Assembly: GCA_021513715.1 (NCBI GenBank)
Contig: CP084167.1
Coordinates: 1,280,001 to 1,344,000, forward strand
Length of the DNA stretch: 64,000 bases
Direction of reading: 5' to 3'
Source of the DNA: Candidatus Heimdallarchaeum endolithica
GTDB lineage: Archaea; Asgardarchaeota; Heimdallarchaeia; Heimdallarchaeales; Heimdallarchaeaceae
Shown here in pieces: positions 41,451 through 50,812 of the stretch (positions are counted from its first letter, which is position 1; each line of letters starts with the position of its first letter). The notes beneath the pieces were generated by a model. That model saw only the letters and a list, made by a program, of their open reading frames with translations, was not told the DNA's origin and ran no database searches. Position numbers and translations under genes: made by a program.

Positions 41451-42320
41451 TTAATTTTCTGGAACATTTCTTCTTACTGAATCACGTATCTTTTGAATGG
41501 CTTTCATCACACTTTTTCTTACATACAAATTGTCATCTTTCATCATATCAAATAAAGGATTTAAAGCTAAAAGATTTTTCATTTCACCTAATGCATCTAC
41601 AGCACATTTTCTGATAAACCAATTTTCATCGATGGAAGCAACAAGCAATAGATCCAAAGCTTTTTCTCCTCCGATCAAAGCTATTGCTTGCGACAAAGAA
41701 ACTTGCAGATCTTTGTTATCTGCACTCATAAATAAATCAAAAAGTGGTTGAATTGCTTTTTCCACTTTCATTTTTCCTAAAGTCTCCGCAACACCTTTCA
41801 CAACTTCACAATCCGCATCATATAAAAATTGTAAAAGCAAGTCCTCATCTACTTTTTCTAGTTCAATTATCTCATCCCATTTAAATCTTGCAATATAAAA
41901 TAAGAGCTCTCCTTCAAGAGTTTCAGGTTTCCAGCCTAAAAAGTCTAATATTAAAGCTGCTTCATTTCTGACTTTTGAACTGTCATCTTTTAACGAAGGT
42001 TCAATAAAAGGTATTGCCTCATAAGCTTCAATTCTTCCTAAAGCTGTTATTGCATATAGTCTTACTTCTTCTGCACTATCATGTAAGGATATAACAAGTG
42101 AATCAATAGCTTTTCTACTACCTATTTTTCCTAACGTTTTTGCTGCTTGAGCTCTTACATCCTCATTTGGGTAAGAGAGGAAAGCTATAACTTCATCAAT
42201 TGCTTGATCTCTTTTTGAATTATCAGCAATAATCCCTAAGGTGTATATTTTCACAGCATCATCTTTTTCATGTAACGAAGCAATTAAAGCGTTAATATCA
42301 TCCTCTCTTATTTCAACCAT
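41451..42320 (-). CDS. HEAT/PBS-lyase repeat protein
   Basis: Repeated VRxxAAxxLGxI motifs. Confidence 0.9.
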   Translation of the reverse strand: MVEIREDDINALIASLHEKDDAVKIYTLGIIADNSKRDQAIDEVIAFLSYPNEDVRAQAAKTLGKIGSRKAIDSLVISLHDSAEEVRLYAITALGRIEAYEAIPFIEPSLKDDSSKVRNEAALILDFLGWKPETLEGELLFYIARFKWDEIIELEKVDEDLLLQFLYDADCEVVKGVAETLGKMKVEKAIQPLFDLFMSADNKDLQVSLSQAIALIGGEKALDLLLVASIDENWFIRKCAVDALGEMKNLLALNPLFDMMKDDNLYVRKSVMKAIQKIRDSVRRNVPEN

Positions 42321-42404
42321 TTATTTCATCTAAGCATTTCTTTATAATTATCATCAAAAGTTTTTCGAGAGTCCCAAAAATGAATGAAAAAAAGTGATGG
42401 AAGA

Positions 42405-43388
42405 TTAGCGAATAGCTTCATAAGCTGGTATCCAATCAGATACTTCATCTAATTTTTTTAATTCATCTTGATCAAACTTGATTTCAAGGGCAACCAAATT
42501 AGACTCTAACTGTTCAACACTATTTACTCCAATGATTGGAGCAGTGATAAAGTCTTTTGTTAATATCCAAGCGAGTGCAACTTGAGCAACGGTTACCTCC
42601 TTATTTTCTGCTATTTCTTCCACTGTATCTAATACTTTAAGTCTATGTTCAGTAAAATATCTTTTTTTAACACTTTCACTTCTTGGGCTCTCAGGTAGGG
42701 GAGCGTTGCGAGAATACTTTCCAGATAAAAACCCACCTGCTAAAGGTGAATAGCTTATCACTCCTAAATTATATTTTTTTATAACATTATACATTTGATG
42801 TTCAACTAGCATACGACGTACAATACTATAGGGTGGTTGAACTGTTTCAAAACGCACATAACCATTTTTTTCACTAACCCAAAAAGACTCTACTAGCATC
42901 CAAGGATGTATATTTGATGCCCCAATATAATTTACTAAACCCTTTTCTACAAGTAAATTTAGAGCATGTAGCGTTTCTTCTATTTTAGTATCATTGTCAA
43001 AAGAGTGAATTTGATAAAGATCTATCCATTCTGTTTGTAAACGTTTTAAACTTCCATTTATTGCTTGCCAAATATGCCTTCTACTTAACCCTTGATCGTT
43101 AATATCTTTTGACATTGCTCCTCTAACTTTGGAAGCTAAAATAAGGTCTTCACGAACTGCTCTATCCTTTAGCCATTCGCCTATTATCTTTTCTGTTTTT
43201 CCTGGATAACTATTATCTGCCCAATATGAATATATATCTGCAGTATCAAAACAATTTATCCCAAGTTCAAGTGCTTTATCCATTATTGCAAAACTTTCTT
43301 CCTTTTCTACTCTCCACCCAAATTGCATCGTTCCAAGAACTAAAGGAGAAATTTTTATTCCTGTACTGCCTAATCTTTTATATTCCAT
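42405..43388 (-). CDS. Aldo/keto reductase
   Basis: LGTMQFG, FDTADIY, IDLYQIH, YSPLAGG. Confidence 0.95.
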   Translation of the reverse strand: MEYKRLGSTGIKISPLVLGTMQFGWRVEKEESFAIMDKALELGINCFDTADIYSYWADNSYPGKTEKIIGEWLKDRAVREDLILASKVRGAMSKDINDQGLSRRHIWQAINGSLKRLQTEWIDLYQIHSFDNDTKIEETLHALNLLVEKGLVNYIGASNIHPWMLVESFWVSEKNGYVRFETVQPPYSIVRRMLVEHQMYNVIKKYNLGVISYSPLAGGFLSGKYSRNAPLPESPRSESVKKRYFTEHRLKVLDTVEEIAENKEVTVAQVALAWILTKDFITAPIIGVNSVEQLESNLVALEIKFDQDELKKLDEVSDWIPAYEAIR

Positions 43389-44532
43389 ATGTTAATCTTC
43401 TTTTTTTGAATAAAAACCTTATTGAATTGCAAAATTTTTTTATTCTTACTTTTAAATTTATTTTTAGGGAGAGCGTATTCTGCGCAATTTTAGTTGTTGA
43501 AGTATTTGTCCTAAACTTGAAGGAAATGCCTTTTGCTCTTTCATAAATAAGAATAGGAAACTAGAAACAAATCTCCCTAAGAATGAGATTCCTAATCCAA
43601 TAGTTAAAGCTAGTTCTATCCCATAACTTATTTTCAAATAATCGACCAGATAACCAGAAACTAATGAACCAAAAAACAAGAATAATCCTGTTATCATATT
43701 ATATATTCCAAAATATATTCCTCCTTCTCTTTCTGGAGCAATATCTAACAAATAAGCTTGTACACTAGGCATTCCTAAAGTTACTAGAGAAGAGACAATA
43801 AAATGGATAATATATAGTTGCCATACTGAACTAGCAAATATATACAACAATGGAAAAGTTGCCATTATTATTCGGCTAAAGAAAATCATCTTTGTTCTTC
43901 CAACATTATCACTGATTTTTGCCCCAATATTGATAAATAACAAAGTAGTAACAGAAAATAATATGTTTAATATTGCAATCTCTAAAGCACTAGCTTTAAG
44001 TATTATTACTTGCTTTATAGGGAAAAGAGGCCAAGCAAAAGACCAAAAGAAAGAATAGATCATTGAAAAGAAAACAAAGTTGCGGAAAGGTTTATTTTTA
44101 TAGGAAAGACTAAAGCTTTCTTTCAATTTCCTTGAAACAGGTTGGTCTTCTTTTTTAATTTTCTTCAAAGGTTCTTCAATTGCAATAAAAGGTAGGACAC
44201 CTATTGCAGACAATGCTATTCCCAAAACTACTGGAATAAGAATATATTTCTGATAATCTATATCTCCGAAAACTAAAGTTAAAACTATCCCTGTAAAGAA
44301 TGTAGCAATCATGCTACCAAAAGCGTTATACCAAAAAACTCTACTACTTAACTTCGCTCTAACTCTTGGGGGAAACAACTCATTTTGCAACACTCCCCAT
44401 GAGATACTTTTTTACGTAATAAACTAAATTTTTAGTTTGTGGAGTTATCAGACCAATAACAACCTGAAACACATTTGCAAAAATAAAGAATACATACACG
44501 ATATTAGGGAGTGTCACAACTTTTCAGCTATC

Positions 44533-44545
44533 TTTATATATTTAA
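44533..44545. promoter_or_regulatory. TATA-box-like element inside the insertion (readable in both orientations)
   Basis: tttatatatttaa between a short minus-strand ORF and the plus-strand structured region. Confidence 0.45.
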
Positions 44546-44554
44546 TTCTAATTT

Positions 44555-44750
44555 ATCTAGTGTCTTGAGCTAGATGCTTAAAGACGTAGGTTTCACTCCT
44601 ACGACACCCGGTCTTCCCTTTGGGAGTTATGAGTGCCCGGGATAAGGAGATGAACCCCTTAGAGAACTTAATTAAGACTGTGTCTTTCATGTTCTCTTAA
44701 GCCAGTCTTCACAACTTTCGCTAAGTTTGTTGATTGGTTGGGGAGAGTCC
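44555..44750 (+). ncRNA. Candidate structured ncRNA carried by the insertion element
   Basis: GC-elevated; stems cgtagg/cctacg (44585-44603), cccgg/ccggg (44607-44641), agagaac/gttctct (44661-44697) enclosing aagac/gtctt, agccagtc/gattggtt (44700-44739, G-U pairs favour + strand) enclosing aactt/aagtt. Confidence 0.55.
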
Positions 44751-45257
44751 TGAAGAAATTACGTAAAATTTCAACTCATGAAGAGACACCCAAGCTTCCA
44801 AACAAATTCACTAAAGCCACAATTATGATAATTGATATAGGAGACTTAACCCAATATAAGAAAATATATGGTATCCCCCAAGATACTGTGCTTATTACAA
44901 TAAAAGGTATTCTCCTACGGAGTATGTCACTCATTCTACCAAATATGGGATTTAGAAAAGTTAACAACAAATTTGCTATACTTTGCAACCACCCTAGATC
45001 ACTCCCACTTGCATTCATATTTCTTATAGCGATCATTGACACAAATGGTCCCACAAGCCCTTGCGAAACACTTATAGCTATAGAACGAGAGTAAAGAGCA
45101 AGTTTCTCCTTTTGTCCAATTGTCCCATTCTCATCTAAAATTTCATTTTCTTCTTCTGTGATATCTTCGTTGCCAGATAAAGTTCTCTCGTTCATAGTTT
45201 TCTAATAACGAAAAAAAAAACCAATCATAAATATTATTATTGGACTCTAATTATTTT

Positions 45258-46202
45258 TTAGATACTTGTTGAAGATATGAGAGATTTTAATTCTTTATCT
45301 TTTTCTACCTTAGAAAGCCGTTCTAAGGTAAATTTAGCATCCATATTATCTACTTTTTTTAATGCCAAGATTATTTTTTTTCTAAGTGTCTTATTATGTT
45401 CTTTGAATAGATGCTTACTCAGTCCATATAATACCTCTGAGTCATATACCTTCGTCAATAAAGCATCTATTACAAGCGATCTCATTTCATTGGACAAATT
45501 TGATTTAAGTAGTCTAAGAAAAGCATATTCTACATCTTCATTTTCTATGCAAGATGACAATGCATTAATTATCCACATTTTTATTTGTTTTGAGTTCTCT
45601 GCATATATTAAATGCCTTATAAGAGCTGCTTGAATAGTTTTGTCCTGAATATCGCCCTTTAGAGCCCAAACAACCCATTTTCTAACTTCTTTAGAGCTAT
45701 CTGTTAGTTTTTCTAGAATCAACTCTTTAACGTATCTACTTTGTATTTTATCTGCTAAAATAGATACAGCTTTTGCTCTACAAATATGATATGGGTCTTT
45801 TCTTGCTATTTCAACTAAAGTTTGAATAACTTCATCATGATCTATGTATTCTGAAAGTTTATCAATAGAGGAGAGACGATCGCTCTTTTTTCCATCTCTC
45901 GCTCTTTTAAGGATATTGATTAAGAAGAAGGAGTCATAAGCTTCTTTTTTCGTTTTTATTTTTTCTTCAATAATTTGTTTTTCTTGAGTTTCATTATCTA
46001 ATACTAGCTTATCTTGCTCAAAAACAGTTTCAGAGGGCAGGGTAGTACTTTCTTCTTCAGCTCTATTTTCCAAGTCAGCTACTTCTTGAACTGAAAACTG
46101 ATCATCATTAGATTCTTTTTCAGTTGAAAGAATTTTTTTTTCAATTTCACGTACTCTCTTAAAGTATTCTCTATCGAGTTCCTCCCTTGATTTCCAACTC
46201 AT
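45258..46202 (-). CDS. HEAT repeat protein with acidic N-terminus
   Basis: DPYHICRAKAVSIL, DSSKEVRKWVVWAL and further repeats. Confidence 0.8.
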   Translation of the reverse strand: MSWKSREELDREYFKRVREIEKKILSTEKESNDDQFSVQEVADLENRAEEESTTLPSETVFEQDKLVLDNETQEKQIIEEKIKTKKEAYDSFFLINILKRARDGKKSDRLSSIDKLSEYIDHDEVIQTLVEIARKDPYHICRAKAVSILADKIQSRYVKELILEKLTDSSKEVRKWVVWALKGDIQDKTIQAALIRHLIYAENSKQIKMWIINALSSCIENEDVEYAFLRLLKSNLSNEMRSLVIDALLTKVYDSEVLYGLSKHLFKEHNKTLRKKIILALKKVDNMDAKFTLERLSKVEKDKELKSLISSTSI

Positions 46203-46287
46203 ACTTAGTATTTGGTTAAAGTCATTAAAAAATCTATCATTTCATTCTCATTTATTAAGAAATAAAAAAAGTTAATTTCCATATAAA

Positions 46288-46656
46288 TTAATGATTTGTA
46301 AAATTTTGCACATTACAAATTAAATTTATTTGTTCAACAAGTTTTGACATTTTAATAGGTTTTTCAATTATTCCTTTCAACCCTGCATTAAGAAACTCTT
46401 TAGCTTTTGTTGTTGCATAAGCTGTAAAACCAATGATACAAGTATCAGGCTCCATTTCTGAAATTCTTTTAGTTGCCTCAATTCCATCCATTTCTGGCAT
46501 TTTTAAATCCATCAAAACCACTTTAGGTCTATGTTGGATAAATTTAGTTACGCCTTCTAGTCCATCTTTTGCTGTAATAACTTTATATTTATCTTTTAAA
46601 ATCACAGAGAGAATCTCCCTTAAATCTTCATTGTCATCGCAAATTAGAATACTCAT
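46288..46656 (-). CDS. Single-domain response regulator
   Basis: ICDDN, LMDLKMPEMDG, FTA, KP. Confidence 0.93.
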   Translation of the reverse strand: MSILICDDNEDLREILSVILKDKYKVITAKDGLEGVTKFIQHRPKVVLMDLKMPEMDGIEATKRISEMEPDTCIIGFTAYATTKAKEFLNAGLKGIIEKPIKMSKLVEQINLICNVQNFTNH

Positions 46657-46886
46657 TAAATCCAGCTCTAAAATTTGTTTGTTATTTCAATTAAAAATAT
46701 TTTCTAACTCTAAAAATGAAATGATAAAAATGACATTTTCAAAAAAAGAAATTTTATTCATTATTAACAATACTCTCACTTTATTGAATAGGTTCAATAA
46801 CTTACTTTTATTTTTAAGTTCAATAGGAGAGGATATTAATTCATAAAGATGAGGAAATTGCAAAGATAGAAAATTGTCTTCCTGAG

Positions 46887-47984
46887 GTGAAATTAAAGGA
46901 TGGTCAACCTCTATTTTCTTTCAGAAAAACGATCTCAATTGAAAAGCAATTAAACCAACTAAATGTTCCTGGTCTTTCTTTTTCTATACTAAAAAACTTT
47001 GAAATAATATATACTAAATACTTTGGAGTAAAAGATCTAATATCAAAGAAGAAAGTCGATAATCATACTCTATTCGAAGCTGGATCAACATCAAAACTAG
47101 CCACTGCTGTTGTAACTCTCAAGTTAGTAGAAAAAGGCAAATTAAAATTGGACAAAAATGTTGACAACTACTTAAAAGATTGGAAAATACCTTTTTCAGA
47201 AAAAATAAATAAAAAGGAAATTACATTAAAACAATTACTAACTCACACTTCAGGAATAAATAGACCAGATTCAATGTTTAATGTAGAAGAAGGCAAAAAA
47301 CCTACAATTTTACAAGTCTTAAAAGGAGAACCTCCTGCAATAAATGATCCTGTGAAAGTAGAGTTTACTCCAGGTACCAACCACAAATATTCTAATTTTG
47401 CATATATTATAATTGAAAAAATAATCGAAGATGTATCAGAAACAACATTACCAGATTTAGCCAAGGAATTAATATTTACTCCATTAAAAATGGAAGACAG
47501 TTTCTTTGGTTATCCTACAAATGAAATAAAACAGAGGATTATTTTACCACATAATGAGAAAGGAGAACCAAAGAGAATAGGTCTGCATCCGACTGTTTTT
47601 GGACATGGAGGGTTAATAACAACAACTAATGATTTAGCAAAATTTATGCTAGAATTAATGAATAGCTATAGAGGTTCGTCAGACAAACTATTAAGCCAGT
47701 CAATGATTAAAGAAATGATGTCACCAACTATAAAACTTGATCCATCAAAATACTTCGGTTTCACAGGACAAGGATTAGGGGTATTTCTGATGGAAACAGA
47801 CAAAGAACTGTTTTTTGTCCACCCAGGAACAAATCACCCAGGAGCTGTTTGTATGTTTATTGGAAATCCCACATCAGGGGAAGGATTTATTGCTATGTCA
47901 AATGGAATTCAGGGAGAAATTCTTCACCTACAAATGCTTTTTGCAATAGCAAAAGAATTTAATTGGCCAATATTTAGAATTTAG
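46887..47984 (+). CDS. Beta-lactamase-family serine hydrolase
   Basis: FEAGSTSK (SxxK), LLTHTSG, YSN, HPG. Confidence 0.92.
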   Translation: MKLKDGQPLFSFRKTISIEKQLNQLNVPGLSFSILKNFEIIYTKYFGVKDLISKKKVDNHTLFEAGSTSKLATAVVTLKLVEKGKLKLDKNVDNYLKDWKIPFSEKINKKEITLKQLLTHTSGINRPDSMFNVEEGKKPTILQVLKGEPPAINDPVKVEFTPGTNHKYSNFAYIIIEKIIEDVSETTLPDLAKELIFTPLKMEDSFFGYPTNEIKQRIILPHNEKGEPKRIGLHPTVFGHGGLITTTNDLAKFMLELMNSYRGSSDKLLSQSMIKEMMSPTIKLDPSKYFGFTGQGLGVFLMETDKELFFVHPGTNHPGAVCMFIGNPTSGEGFIAMSNGIQGEILHLQMLFAIAKEFNWPIFRI

Positions 47985-48166
47985 ATCTCTTCTAAAATTA
48001 ATCTATTTCTATTTTTCTATTAATAGATTTAAGTTTCTCTTAAGATTTATAAATGTTCAAAATTCTGTTTTCACATTAGTTAATCCTATTTTACAGTGAA
48101 TAATAGATAAACAACAAAAAATTAAAAGTAATGAAATTGATTTATTCAAGCAAAAAGGGGAACTAA

Positions 48167-48706
48167 ATGTACAAAGGAGAAAAGGTTGTTTTAAGAGCAC
48201 TTGAAATTTCAGATTTGGACGAGATAATGAAATACTGGAATAATATTGATTTAAGAAGAGAATTGGGAGAAGTTATTCCCCATTCAAAAGATCAGCAAAA
48301 AGAGTGGATAGAAAAATGTTGGAAGGAAGCGGAGGAGGGAAAAACATATACTTTTGCGATAGTAGAAAAAGAATCTGGTAAATTTCTAGGAATATGTAGT
48401 TTAAATAATGTTCGACATATAAATCGTTCTGCCAAGGTTAGCATCGCAATTTATGACAAAAACCAACGAGGGAAAGGTTTTGGCACAGATGCAATGAAGA
48501 TTCTACTGAAAATAGGTTTTGATTTCTTAAACTTACATAGAATCGCCCTAAATGTTTTTGAAACAAACAAAGCTGCTATTAGAGTGTATGAAAAAGTCGG
48601 TTTTAAAAAAGTAGGTCTTCACAGAGAAACAGATTTTGTAGACGGGAGATATGTTAACGACGTTGCAATGGACATTTTGGAAAATGAATGGAGAGAGAAA
48701 AAATAA
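48167..48706 (+). CDS. GNAT N-acetyltransferase (RimJ/RimL type)
   Basis: RGKGFGTDAM, LNLHRI, NKAAIRVYEKVGF. Confidence 0.93.
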   Translation: MYKGEKVVLRALEISDLDEIMKYWNNIDLRRELGEVIPHSKDQQKEWIEKCWKEAEEGKTYTFAIVEKESGKFLGICSLNNVRHINRSAKVSIAIYDKNQRGKGFGTDAMKILLKIGFDFLNLHRIALNVFETNKAAIRVYEKVGFKKVGLHRETDFVDGRYVNDVAMDILENEWREKK

Positions 48707-48966
48707 TTTTTTCCTATCTTTACCTGCAGATATTTTCATACAGCTTTTTGCTTTACATATTTAAAACAAAATGAATATTAATCAGTCTTTTTCCATTCGA
48801 AATGAAGGTGGTTTTTTATCATATGTTCCACCTTATTAGATGAGTGCAAGCTTTAGCTGAAAGGTTTAAAACTGAACGAGCAGTCTTTAAGGAGGAATTT
48901 TTGAAAGGGGAGTTCAATAAATATTTCAAAAGATTTATCATAGCTTAGAAAATATACAGTTTACCG

Positions 48967-49620
48967 ATGTCATATACTATTTTCTGTGATTTTGATGGTA
49001 CAATAACGCTTACAGATCTAGGAAAAGCTCTATTAACGAAGTTTAGTAAAGAAGATTGGCAAAAATATGACAAATTAGTACTAAATGGGAAAATAGGAAC
49101 CCGTGAAGCCCTTATCAAACAATGGGATACAGTTAAGGCAAGTAAGGAAGAAATATTAGCTGTTGTTGATCAAATAGAAATAGACCCCTCATTCCAATCT
49201 TTTTTTAATTGGGTTAACAATTGTGATATCCATTTTATTGTTGTTTCTGATGGTTTTCAAGAATTCATTGAAGAAATATTCAAGAAAGAAAAAATAGAAA
49301 GTAGTTTAATAGATATTAGAGCAAACAGTATGAAAATTATAGATAACAAGTTAACTCTCAGCTTCTTAACTGATGAGTGTGAGCATGGATGCGCCAATTG
49401 TAAATATTCACATGTTTTAGAATATAAGAAAAAAGGGAATAAAATTATCTATATCGGAGATGGATTATCAGACATTTTACCTGCTAGAGAACTTGCAGAC
49501 GTCATTTTTGCTAAGGAAAGAGAAGATTTAGCTGAAAAATTGAAAGGTGACCCTAGAGTCATAGAATTTTCAAATTTTTCTGAAATTCAAGCAATACTAA
49601 ATGAAAAATTTATTAATTAA
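48967..49620 (+). CDS. MtnX-like HAD-IB phosphatase
   Basis: CDFDGTIT, VVSDG, CK, YIGDGLSD. Confidence 0.88.
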   Translation: MSYTIFCDFDGTITLTDLGKALLTKFSKEDWQKYDKLVLNGKIGTREALIKQWDTVKASKEEILAVVDQIEIDPSFQSFFNWVNNCDIHFIVVSDGFQEFIEEIFKKEKIESSLIDIRANSMKIIDNKLTLSFLTDECEHGCANCKYSHVLEYKKKGNKIIYIGDGLSDILPARELADVIFAKEREDLAEKLKGDPRVIEFSNFSEIQAILNEKFIN

Positions 49621-50092
49621 AATATTTTTTATAGGTCGCTCTGTGGTAGTTAATATTATTTGCAAAGGATATGACTAGATCCTCTTGCTCTAGAGTTTCT
49701 ATTGAAGGGTTTCTTATATGTCTAACATAGTCAATTGCCTTTACTCCACTAAGATTTTTAAACCAAACTAAGTATAAAGCCAACATTGTTCCTGTTCTTC
49801 CAATACCAGCATAGCAATGTACTAAAACAGGATTTTCAGGCAAGTTTTCTTCTATAAAATTCAAAAAAGAATAAATATCTTTATCATGAGGAACACTAAA
49901 ATCAACAATTGGCAGATGAAGATGCTTAATTTTAAGTTGTTTAATTCTATCCATAAATTGTGGTTTCGAAGCTGTAAGCGTAACTATAGCCCTTATTCCT
50001 TGTTCATAATAGAAATCGATATCACTTTTTAAGTGAGGAAATGCCGAGCCAGCAATTTCATTTTCTATCAACCAACTGAAATTTACTACCAT
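49613..50092 (-). CDS. Dual-specificity protein phosphatase
   Basis: VHCYAGIGRTG (CX5R), IVDFSVP, SIETLEQ. Confidence 0.92.
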   Translation of the reverse strand: MVVNFSWLIENEIAGSAFPHLKSDIDFYYEQGIRAIVTLTASKPQFMDRIKQLKIKHLHLPIVDFSVPHDKDIYSFLNFIEENLPENPVLVHCYAGIGRTGTMLALYLVWFKNLSGVKAIDYVRHIRNPSIETLEQEDLVISFANNINYHRATYKKYFN

Positions 50093-50103
50093 TTTCTTTC
50101 TCC

Positions 50104-50727
50104 TCAGATAATACCTCTTTTTTCTATTCTTCCTAAGGTGTCTTTTTCACCATGTCCTGGATAAACTAGGGTATTTTTTGGTAGAGAATATAGCTTCTTT
50201 ATAGATTGAACTAGCTTTTCATAATTTCCCCCGTACAAATCTGTTCTTCCTATTCCTTCTTTAAATATTACATCTCCAGAGAATAGGATTTGTGATTCTG
50301 GAAAATAAAAGCAAATACTGGCTTTTGTATGACCTGGAGACAATATCAGTTTAAACTCTTCATCTCCTAAATAATATGTTTCTTTATCCTTTAGACATAT
50401 ATCTGGTTCAAGGAAAGAATTTATATCGAAACCAAACATTCTTGCAAAAGGTCCAGAGTGATTTATTGTATCTAATTCTTCTTTGTGGATGCCAATTTTA
50501 GCTTTTGGGAATTCTTTTCTTATGTTCTCGATTCCCATCACATGGTCAAAATGGCCATGAGTAAAAAAGATATATTTAACTTTCAACTCTATTTTTTCAA
50601 TCACTTTTATTAATGAGGTTACATCATCAGCGACATCTAACAGCATTGCTTCCTTACTTTTACTATCATAGATTAAAAAACTGTTAGTATGCAAGGGCCC
50701 AGCTACTTCTCGAATTACTTTTACCAT
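50104..50727 (-). CDS. MBL-fold metallo-hydrolase (glyoxalase II-like)
   Basis: THGHFDH, PGHT, FSGD, PGHG. Confidence 0.93.
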   Translation of the reverse strand: MVKVIREVAGPLHTNSFLIYDSKSKEAMLLDVADDVTSLIKVIEKIELKVKYIFFTHGHFDHVMGIENIRKEFPKAKIGIHKEELDTINHSGPFARMFGFDINSFLEPDICLKDKETYYLGDEEFKLILSPGHTKASICFYFPESQILFSGDVIFKEGIGRTDLYGGNYEKLVQSIKKLYSLPKNTLVYPGHGEKDTLGRIEKRGII

Positions 50728-50812
50728 AAGTATCGAATCTTCTTTTTTTTTTAAATGTTGTGAGTTTTTTTTGGAATCATTTAATAACTAGTATTTTACA
50801 AAGGAACTAAAG

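Larger units (their letters stand above)
44401..44777. mobile_element. Non-autonomous 377-bp insertion element without transposase
   Basis: GAG...CTC ends; perfect 11-bp sub-terminal IR ttttacgtaat (44410-44420)/attacgtaaaa (44758-44768); AT repeated at both junctions (equivalently a 5-bp catga repeat around 44403-44776); interrupts an otherwise intact ORF. Confidence 0.9.
43464..45195 (-). pseudogene. MFS transporter split by a 377-bp insertion
   Basis: ORFs 44776-45195 and 43464-44393 rejoin in frame (GSLGVSS-W-GVLQNELFP) when 379 bp (element + AT duplication) are removed. Confidence 0.92.

Noticed and set aside
44738-45094. 118-aa plus-strand ORF starting inside the insertion as a possible transposase
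   Set aside because: It is the antisense shadow of the MFS 5' half, has no transposase motif and extends outside the element
48771-48948. Intergenic hairpin (aaggtgg/ccacctt) and a short frame with an in-frame TGA (..LIR*VQALAERF..) as possible ncRNA or selenoprotein
   Set aside because: One 7-bp stem only, no canonical C/D boxes, no redox motif or SECIS seen; insufficient support
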